15,419 bases of DNA, taken from the NCBI GenBank assembly GCA_963662665.2, contig CAXXJS010000015.1:1-15419 (forward strand), in the 5' to 3' direction. This document shows positions 8,819 to 15,419 of this stretch, piece after piece. Both the position numbers and the translations under genes were made by a program. This stretch comes from Candidatus Latescibacterota bacterium (lineage in GTDB: Bacteria; Latescibacterota; UBA2968; GCA-2709665). The notes beneath the pieces were generated by a model. It saw nothing but the letters and a program-made list of their open reading frames with translations. It ran no database searches and had not been told where the DNA came from. The stretch's first letter is position 1, and each line of letters starts with the position of its first letter.

Positions 8819-8949
8819 CCGGGTTGCGTTGGCAGAATGATGGGAAACCATGGCTTAACGAACTGATTTACAGCCTGAATTGATGACTGAAGTCGATTCG
8901 GGCGCGGCGGCATGGGACTCATTCAGAACCTGTCACACCCGTACCCGCT

Positions 8950-9441
8950 TCAGTTTACACCTGTGGCCGAGGTTGAATCGACGGGAAACCACTCCTCGGG
9001 CGGCTTCCCGAGATTCCGGATCGAAATGGCGGCATCATCGTACAATTCCGACTTCGGGAACATATCGATGACTCTCTGATACGCTTCTCGGGCTTTTTCA
9101 AACTTCCCCTGGAGGTCGTAGGCGTACCCTACCATGAATTGAGCCTGATCGGCATACCGGCTTTCAGGGAATCGCCGTACCAGCGTCTCGTAAAACCCGA
9201 TGGCCTCGTCGAATTTGTGTATATTCAGGAGTACGCGTGCCAGCGCGTGAAGCGCCAGATCCGCCCTTGGATCGTCCGGATAAAAATCCAGGAATTTCTT
9301 GAGATGCGCTTCCGCTTGAGGATAGGTCGCCTCCTTGTGAGTCGCCGCCTCGCCTTTTGAAAAAAGCTCGTTGGCGGACTCGCGGGCGCACCCAAGGAAA
9401 AAGGAGGCCGCTATTCCGAGAACCCACGTCCACCGGATCAT
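8950..9441 (-). CDS. TPR-repeat lipoprotein (BamD/YfiO- or CpoB-like repeats)
   Basis: Likely start is MIRWTWVLGIAASFFLGC (lipobox-like LGC) at 9441 with AAGGAG upstream. Repeats FLDFYPDDPRADLAL, LVRRFPESRYADQAQFMVG and VIDMFPKSELYDDA follow. The ORF-track extension to 9699 looks non-coding. Confidence 0.85.
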   Translation of the reverse strand: MIRWTWVLGIAASFFLGCARESANELFSKGEAATHKEATYPQAEAHLKKFLDFYPDDPRADLALHALARVLLNIHKFDEAIGFYETLVRRFPESRYADQAQFMVGYAYDLQGKFEKAREAYQRVIDMFPKSELYDDAAISIRNLGKPPEEWFPVDSTSATGVN

Positions 9442-9736
9442 TCTGGATTTCCACTCCTTCCCGATAAGGCGCCTTAAAATTTCCAGCGGTCTTCGCGCGG
9501 CTGCAAACACGTCGGTCCGCGTTGGGCAAATCCATCCCAGAGAGCCGCGGGGCGCGCAGTCTCGACACATTTGGATAGGGGCGAATTCGCCCGCATGGAC
9601 CGACACCCTTTCGCTCGCGCTCGGGAACGCACCGGGAATCTTAATGCGGCTTCTTATAAGACAACACTTCAACCGAAACCGAGTTCCGAAATTTCGCATG
9701 CCCTTTTCGAAGGGCTCCGCCCCGTTTCAGGGCCGG

Positions 9737-9770
9737 CCGCAGGCCGAATGGGCTTTTTCAACGGACTGAT
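9737..9770 (-). repeat. Second, inverted copy of the MITE-like terminal sequence
   Basis: The reverse complement ATCAGTCCGTTGAAAAAGCCCATTCGGCCTGCGG matches 6826-6859 (ATCAGCCCGTTGAAAAAGTCCATCCGGGCTTCGG) at 29/34 positions. Confidence 0.75.
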
Positions 9771-9903
9771 AACGCCAATCCCCTCGACACCCGAAAGTAG
9801 GCCGCCGGATTGAACTGCCGCTAACGCCCTCCGCACAATCGGAAGCGGATATTCATATCTTCTTTATTTTAATGAGGATACTTCAAAGCAAGGGCGGAAC
9901 GCA

Positions 9904-9932
9904 AATCTACAGGATTGCACATCGGGAGTCAA
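9904..9932 (-). promoter_or_regulatory. Putative sigma70-type promoter
   Basis: The minus strand reads TTGACT-N17-TAGATT (-35 at 9932-9927, -10 at 9909-9904). An A6 tract lies just upstream, within an AT-rich intergenic patch, and the site points toward the TPR gene. Confidence 0.55.
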
Positions 9933-9959
9933 GACTTTTTTGCAGAAAACGACAAATCG

Positions 9960-10649
9960 TCACCGGCCTGCCCGCTGCGGGTAAGACGAGACCTGATCGG
10001 GCACATCCACGACGTAAATCTGACTGGCGCCCGTCCGGTCCGAGGTATAGATGACCCGTTTTCCGTCCGGACTGAACGAAGGGTGAGGATGAGACCACTG
10101 CGGACCGTACGTTTCCGGCGTCGTTTTGTCATCATCCGCAGGGACCGTCTTCGCCCACTGGGCACCTCCGTTGGAGCTTTCCGGATAGCAGAGCGTTTCG
10201 TGGTCCCCGATAGCCCCGGCTTCGATCACCCGACGCTTCATCAGATGCATGGGTTCCCTGCAGAACTGCTCGGCCACCTCCAGCTTCACCCCGCCCCGCT
10301 CTACCGCCCGGATGAGTACATCCGTCGTCTGCAGCGTGGGTGAAATCGGCGTCTCCAAGATGAGATTCACGCCTCGCTCCGCCAGGTACGCGCCCACGGC
10401 GTGGTGCGAATCGCCGGGCGTACTCACCGCCGCAATATCCAGGTCTTCGTTCGCCGCCAGATCCTGGACCCGCGAATAGGCGGGGACCCCGAATTCCGCG
10501 CCGACGGAGCGCGCTTTCCCTTCGTCCACGTCGCACACGGCCGCCAGATCGAACACGTCCGACATCATGCGGATCGCGGGCAGCCTCACGCCCAGTCCCC
10601 GGCTGCCGCATCCCACCTGCGCAATCCTCAGTTTGCGTTCCCGGGGCAT
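9960..10649 (-). CDS. Gfo/Idh/MocA oxidoreductase NAD-binding domain fused to a TolB/PD40 (Ogl-like) C-terminal fragment; probable chimeric pseudogene
   Basis: Likely start is MPRERKLRIAQVGCGSRG at 10649 with GGGAAGGGA upstream. Rossmann-domain motifs AVCD, STPGDSH, ILETP (EKP position), VAEQ and IEAGAIGD follow. The sequence then switches abruptly to ...WSHPHPSFSPDGKRVIYTSDRTGASQIYVVDV. Confidence 0.75.
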   Translation of the reverse strand: MPRERKLRIAQVGCGSRGLGVRLPAIRMMSDVFDLAAVCDVDEGKARSVGAEFGVPAYSRVQDLAANEDLDIAAVSTPGDSHHAVGAYLAERGVNLILETPISPTLQTTDVLIRAVERGGVKLEVAEQFCREPMHLMKRRVIEAGAIGDHETLCYPESSNGGAQWAKTVPADDDKTTPETYGPQWSHPHPSFSPDGKRVIYTSDRTGASQIYVVDVPDQVSSYPQRAGR

Positions 10650-10751
10650 TCCCTTCCCCTGTTCGCTGGATAAAACGTCATCGACGTGCAACGGGTTATA
10701 TTCGCAATCCTGCCGGCCACGCCGGACATTCCCGGATATGCGTAGTCTGCG

Positions 10752-11948
10752 TCAGTTTCGGAGAAATCTCAGCCAGCGATTCGGGCGCTTCACTCGTTGG
10801 TTCAGGAACGATTCCAACCGGTCGCGTTTCAGTACGATCTGGTCCGCTACGCTGGCGGTATCGTCCAGAATCCAGTCCGGTATATCGCTCTTCATCCGGC
10901 CCGACGCCATAATATCCGCCGCAATGATCACCGTGTCACCGGTGAGCGTCCAACTGCCGGATGGCGGCTTGCGTTCGGCACTGTATTTGTCAGCGTGCAG
11001 CAGGTTCGCGAGTATGAGGCGAGGCCTTTCAAACGCCCGTTCCTGATACTCGCTCAAGGTCATCGGTGAACACCACGCGGGCATTTCAGCGCCTGGAGGC
11101 AGGTTCTCCCGGAAGAGACGGCAAAGAATGGAAGATGACAGCTCAAGTGCATCCACTTCATCGCCTTCCGTACCGTCAGACTTGAGCAGTTCATCCATTT
11201 CCGTGAGCATATGTTTCAGATACGACTGGTAGAGTGACGTGGTCAGCCTTTCGCGAATGGATGCGACCGACCGCTGGAGTCTTCGCCTGGCCGTGGGATC
11301 GTCACCCGGCAATGACGTCCTCGTATAAATCATGAGACATCGTTTCACGATTTCCGGCAGAAAGCTTCTCGCGTCGGCGTTCATGGATAGCGCAAAACAC
11401 GGATACTCGGAATAGGTAATGGTCTCATCTTTAATGATTTCGGGTGCGTGCCGGCTGAAACGGTCGCGCGTTACATCATCGAAGACCACCGGAAATCGCT
11501 TATAGGATTCCTGCAATCCGCGAAGGTTGCTTCGCGTGAAATACTGCGTTTCGACGATTCGGGGGTGAGAAAACATCGACGCCATCAGCGTCTCGATCAG
11601 GCTGCTCTTTCCGCAGTTGCTTTGCCCGTAGAGTACCGCAAACATCGGTTGGTCGAAGCTGAAACGACCCCGTCGCAGGTCGGCATTTCGCAAGTCGCAC
11701 ATAAACGGCGAAAAATAGAACCAGCACATGAACGTGAAGTAATCGCGCTGCAGTCGGGGAATATCACCTACAAAGCCATTTTCGTAATTACCGAAGAACT
11801 CTAGCCAGGCGTCGACGTCATCGGTGACTTGAGACGGTTCAGCGTCAAGGCTGAGTTCCAGGCCTGAGAGCGAGAAAACACCTCCGTTGCAAGACAGGTA
11901 CGTCTTTGGTCCCTCATTCTCATGGCTGGACGTTCGGATCCGCGTCAT
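10752..11948 (-). CDS. P-loop NTPase with SF3/AAA+-like motifs, function unknown; probably 5'-truncated
   Basis: Walker A AVLYGQSNCGKS, Walker B PVVFDD, motif C-like FALSMN, and IVKRC. The frame stays open for 31 more codons upstream, up to the stop of the adjacent SBP gene. ATG 11948 has no clear RBS. Confidence 0.7.
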   Translation of the reverse strand: MTRIRTSSHENEGPKTYLSCNGGVFSLSGLELSLDAEPSQVTDDVDAWLEFFGNYENGFVGDIPRLQRDYFTFMCWFYFSPFMCDLRNADLRRGRFSFDQPMFAVLYGQSNCGKSSLIETLMASMFSHPRIVETQYFTRSNLRGLQESYKRFPVVFDDVTRDRFSRHAPEIIKDETITYSEYPCFALSMNADARSFLPEIVKRCLMIYTRTSLPGDDPTARRRLQRSVASIRERLTTSLYQSYLKHMLTEMDELLKSDGTEGDEVDALELSSSILCRLFRENLPPGAEMPAWCSPMTLSEYQERAFERPRLILANLLHADKYSAERKPPSGSWTLTGDTVIIAADIMASGRMKSDIPDWILDDTASVADQIVLKRDRLESFLNQRVKRPNRWLRFLRN

Positions 11949-12041
11949 CTGCTTGACGATCGACGACGTGAACTTGATGATACCCTTCCTGTCGGGGCGG
12001 ATGTCGGCCAGGGCCTGCCTGCGGGCTGGAATTCCCCGCCG

Positions 12042-13142
12042 TCAACGCGCCAGCCAGGCGCTGAAGCGCTCGTTCATTTCGTCCAGATGGTCGCTCCACC
12101 ACTCCCAGTTGTTGTGCAGGGCGCGTTTCACGTTCTGAGGGCTGGTGGGCATGTGCGGGTTCATATCCACGCCCTTCTCGGCGTGCGTCGAGATCAGCGG
12201 CAGTGCGGAGCGCCGCGTCGGGCTGTAGGAAATATAACGGCCCACGCCGGCTATGGCCTGCGCACTTGTGGCGAATTTGACAAACTTCCTCGCCGTTTCG
12301 AGGTTGGGCGTGCCCGCGACAATACCCAGCCCGCCGGTATCCAGCACCTGGCCGTCCCACACCACCACAAAGGACTGGTCTTCCAGCACCTGCGCGTTGA
12401 AGATGCGCCCGTTGTAGGCGGTGCTCATCGTCACCTCCCCGTCGGCCAACATCTGCGGCGGCTGCGCCCCGGCCTCCCACCACACGATATGCTCCTTGAT
12501 TGTGTCCAGCTTTCGGAAGGCGCGATCCACGCCGGCCGGCGTATCGAGTGCGGCGTACACCGAATCGACCGGTACGCCGTCGGCCATCAGCGCGAATTCC
12601 AGGTTCACCAGTGGCGACCGCCGCATACCGCGACGACCGGGAAATCTCTCCAGATCGAAGAAGTCAGCGATCGTAGATGGTTTCTCGCCCTTGATATGTT
12701 CCTTGTTATACGCGTAAACGGTGGAATAAAAGATCGTGGCTGGTCCGCATTCGGTCAGCGTGCCAGGGACAAAGTCCTGCGCCGCGGGCGTGCCATCGGC
12801 CCCCGCCGGGAGCGAGTCGACCGCAATTGGCTCAAGCAGGCCCTCGTCGCAGCCGCGTACCAGGTCCGGGATTTCCAGGTCCACGACGTCCCAGTAGACG
12901 TTGCCCACGTCCACCTGCGCGCGAATCTGCGCCAGGCCGCCGTTGTAGTCTTCCAGGTTAATCGCGATCCCGGTTTCGGCAGTGAAGGACTCGTGATACC
13001 CCTTGACGCACGCGCGGGCATATGACCCGCCCCACGAAACCACCGTCAACGGACGGTCACCGGCGGAAACGCCGGCCCCGATAAGTACGGACAGTACCAA
13101 TAACGACGCAATTCCAGCGATTATGCTCCTTACATCATTCAT
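12042..13142 (-). CDS. ABC transporter substrate-binding protein, spermidine/putrescine (PotD/PotF-like) family, copy 2
   Basis: Signal peptide, LTVVSWGGSY, YNGGLAQIRAQV, WDVVD, DFFDLERFPGRRG, LEFALMADGV, GAQPPQMLADGEV, AYNGR, NERFSAWL. Strong RBS GAGGAGGAG. Confidence 0.92.
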   Translation of the reverse strand: MNDVRSIIAGIASLLVLSVLIGAGVSAGDRPLTVVSWGGSYARACVKGYHESFTAETGIAINLEDYNGGLAQIRAQVDVGNVYWDVVDLEIPDLVRGCDEGLLEPIAVDSLPAGADGTPAAQDFVPGTLTECGPATIFYSTVYAYNKEHIKGEKPSTIADFFDLERFPGRRGMRRSPLVNLEFALMADGVPVDSVYAALDTPAGVDRAFRKLDTIKEHIVWWEAGAQPPQMLADGEVTMSTAYNGRIFNAQVLEDQSFVVVWDGQVLDTGGLGIVAGTPNLETARKFVKFATSAQAIAGVGRYISYSPTRRSALPLISTHAEKGVDMNPHMPTSPQNVKRALHNNWEWWSDHLDEMNERFSAWLAR

Positions 13143-13204
13143 GTAAACTCCTCCTCATCTTCGTGTCCGGTACCAGGTCGCCTTACGAGAGTGAATGGCA
13201 CGTA

Positions 13205-14305
13205 TCAGCGCGCCAGCCATGCGCTGAAGCGTTCATTCATTTCGTCAAGATGATCGCTCCACCACTCCCAGTTGTCGCGCAGGGCACGCTTCATATTCTG
13301 AAGGCTGACGGGCATGTGCGGATCCATGTCAACGCCCGTCTCGGCGTGTGTCGATATGAGGGCAATCGCGGACCGGCGTGTCGGACTATACGCGATATAC
13401 CTGCCGAGGCCCGCCATAGACTCCGCGCGCGCGGCAAATTTCACAAACTTCATGGCGGCTTCGAGATTGGGGGTTCCCACGACAACCGCGAGCCCGCTCG
13501 TGCTGAAGAACTGGCCGTCCCACACGATGACAAATGGCTGTTTTTCCACCACCTGGGCATTAAAAATGCGCCCATTGTAGGCCGTGGTCATTGCAACCTC
13601 TCCGTCTGCCAGCATCTGTGGGGGCTGCGCCCCGGCCTCCCACCAGACAATGTGATCCTTGATGGTGTCCAGCTTGCGGAAGGCGCGGTCCACGCCTTCC
13701 GGCATATCAAGTACAATGTAGACGGAGTCAATCGGCACGCCGTCGGCCATCAGAGCGAACTCCAGGTTCACCAGCGGCGAACGTCGCATGCCGCGGCGCC
13801 CCGGGAATCGCTCCAGATCAAAGAAGTCGGCGATGGTGGTGGGTTTCCCGCCGTCCAAGTGCAGTCTGTTGTAGGCGAATATGGTGGAACTGAACAGTAA
13901 CGTCGTGCCGCACTCCGTAACCGTACCCGGCAGAAAGTCTTCCGAGGCGGGTGTTCCATCCGCACCCGTTGGCAGTGATTCCACGGAAACGGGCTCCAGA
14001 AGACCCTCATCGCAGCCCCGCACCAGGTCGGTAATCTCCAGGTCCACCACGTCCCAGTAGACGTTTCCCACGTCCACCTGCGCGCGGACCTGCGCCAGGC
14101 CCCCGTTGAAATCCTCCAAATTGACGGTAATCCCCGTTTCAGCGGTAAACCGTTCGTGGTATCCCTTGACGCACGCACGCGCGTAGGATCCGCCCCATGA
14201 GACGACGGTCAGCGGACGGTCACCCGCAGCGGCCGCGATCACGAAAATCAGAGGCAGTCCCACCACCGACGCGACAGACACGGTGATCTTGACAAGTTGT
14301 TTCAT
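13205..14305 (-). CDS. ABC transporter substrate-binding protein, spermidine/putrescine (PotD/PotF-like) family, copy 1
   Basis: Same motifs and same length (366 aa) as 12042-13142. The start overlaps the ATPase stop (ATGA). Confidence 0.92.
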   Translation of the reverse strand: MKQLVKITVSVASVVGLPLIFVIAAAAGDRPLTVVSWGGSYARACVKGYHERFTAETGITVNLEDFNGGLAQVRAQVDVGNVYWDVVDLEITDLVRGCDEGLLEPVSVESLPTGADGTPASEDFLPGTVTECGTTLLFSSTIFAYNRLHLDGGKPTTIADFFDLERFPGRRGMRRSPLVNLEFALMADGVPIDSVYIVLDMPEGVDRAFRKLDTIKDHIVWWEAGAQPPQMLADGEVAMTTAYNGRIFNAQVVEKQPFVIVWDGQFFSTSGLAVVVGTPNLEAAMKFVKFAARAESMAGLGRYIAYSPTRRSAIALISTHAETGVDMDPHMPVSLQNMKRALRDNWEWWSDHLDEMNERFSAWLAR

Positions 14306-15411
14306 GTCGAATCAGCCTCGTCATCGGGGTCCAGCACGCGGCAGTCCGTGGGCGTCCAACCGATCCGGACCTCGTCTCCCACCAGCATGGCGCCGTGCCC
14401 CACGATATTCGGTATCTTCGCTATGAAGTCCGAGCGGCCGCAGACGCTCACGCGAACCCGCAGATGGTCACCAAGAAACGTGATATCCTCAATTATCGCG
14501 TCGAGTTCGTTCGTGTACAGCCCGGGTTCCGGCGAGATCGCCACCCGCTCCGGCCGGATCGATAGCGTCGTGGCGTCCCCCGGGCCGCATGGCGCAACTC
14601 GAAGGGCGCTGATGATCCGACCGCCCGTCTCGACGGCACAGATGTCCCCGCGCACTTTCGTCACACGGCCGTGCAGGCGATTGTTCTCGCCGATGAAGCG
14701 GGCGACGAACGAGCGCTCCGGCTCTTCGTAAAGGACTTCGGGTTCGGCGACCTGTTCGATATCTCCCGCCTTTAGAACCGCGATCCGGTCCGACATGACC
14801 ATCGCCTCCTCCTGATCGTGCGTTACGTACACCACCGTGACGCCGAGGCTCTTGTGAATGCGCCGGATCTCGTATTGCATCTCCTCCCGCAGGCGGCGGT
14901 CGAGCGCGCCGAGCGGCTCGTCCATCAGCACCAGATCGGGCTCGAAAACCAGCGCGCGGGCGATCGCGACCCGCTGCTGCTGGCCTCCAGAGAGCTGGGC
15001 CGGCCGTCGGTCCTCAAGGCCGTCGAGCTGCACCAGGTTCAGGGCTCGCGCCACGCGTTCACGGCTCCTGACGGGGTCCATGCCCCGCACTTCCAGCGGA
15101 AAGGCGAGATTGCGGCCTACCGTCATATGCGGAAAGAGGGCGTAATTCTGAAATACCATGCCGATGCCGCGCTTTCGCGGCGGAAGCGCGTGTACGGATC
15201 TTCCGTTGATGCGGATGGCGCCCGACGTTGGCGTTTCAAAACCCGCAAGCATCATCAGACAAGTGGTCTTTCCCGATCCGGAGGGCCCGAGCATCGTGAG
15301 GAATTCGCCTTTCCGGACGCTGAGATCGAGGTTGTCGACAACAAGGGTACGGCCGTCGAAGCTCTTGCTGACGCCCTCGAACTCGACGTGCGCTGTCTCG
15401 TTTCCATGCAT
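14302..15411 (-). CDS. ABC transporter ATP-binding protein, PotA-like, with C-terminal TOBE domain
   Basis: [70 protein letters not shown]. Confidence 0.95.
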   Translation of the reverse strand: MHGNETAHVEFEGVSKSFDGRTLVVDNLDLSVRKGEFLTMLGPSGSGKTTCLMMLAGFETPTSGAIRINGRSVHALPPRKRGIGMVFQNYALFPHMTVGRNLAFPLEVRGMDPVRSRERVARALNLVQLDGLEDRRPAQLSGGQQQRVAIARALVFEPDLVLMDEPLGALDRRLREEMQYEIRRIHKSLGVTVVYVTHDQEEAMVMSDRIAVLKAGDIEQVAEPEVLYEEPERSFVARFIGENNRLHGRVTKVRGDICAVETGGRIISALRVAPCGPGDATTLSIRPERVAISPEPGLYTNELDAIIEDITFLGDHLRVRVSVCGRSDFIAKIPNIVGHGAMLVGDEVRIGWTPTDCRVLDPDDEADST

Positions 15412-15419
15412 TGCGGCGG

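Noticed and set aside
8725-8922. 65-aa minus-strand ORF upstream of moxR
   Set aside because: No RBS or recognisable motif, and it overlaps the moxR start out of frame.
9442-9699. 86-aa N-terminal extension of the TPR protein in the ORF track
   Set aside because: It would bury the lipoprotein signal peptide, its composition looks non-coding, and it overlaps palindromic repeats.
9540-9780. CRISPR array or tRNA in the palindromic intergenic region
   Set aside because: No regularly spaced direct repeats and no cloverleaf with a T-loop consensus.
12018-12044. TGA read-through (selenocysteine-like) fusing the SBP to the NTPase: the frames match and a small stem GCGGG...CCCGC follows the TGA
   Set aside because: The paralogue ends at the identical WLAR-TGA, a secreted SBP fused to a cytoplasmic NTPase without a TM is implausible, and frame agreement has a 1-in-3 chance.
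12042-14305. SBP duplication as an assembly artefact
   Set aside because: The copies differ at many synonymous and non-synonymous sites and have different signal peptides.

Overview
GC-rich bacterial window in which every credible gene lies on the minus strand. Left two-thirds (1-9441), in transcription order: a TPR lipoprotein, then a MoxR AAA+ / DUF58 / BatA-BatB von Willebrand A (Bat-type) operon. A four-gene GldA/GldF/GldG-like ABC exporter plus a DUF4340-type repeat protein is embedded in that operon, between DUF58 and the membrane protein preceding batA. A 53-bp MITE-like element with a 4-bp target duplication sits exactly at the DUF58/ABC junction, and a related terminal sequence recurs in the long leader upstream of the TPR gene. 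Right third: a PotA-like ABC ATPase and two tandem, about 81%-identical polyamine-family solute-binding proteins. These are followed by two apparently rearranged genes: a probably 5'-truncated SF3/AAA+-like P-loop NTPase, and a chimera of a Gfo/Idh/MocA oxidoreductase N-terminus with the last blade of a TolB/Ogl-like beta-propeller. No rRNA, tRNA, CRISPR array or transposase was seen. All family calls come from motif recognition by eye, not from database searches.
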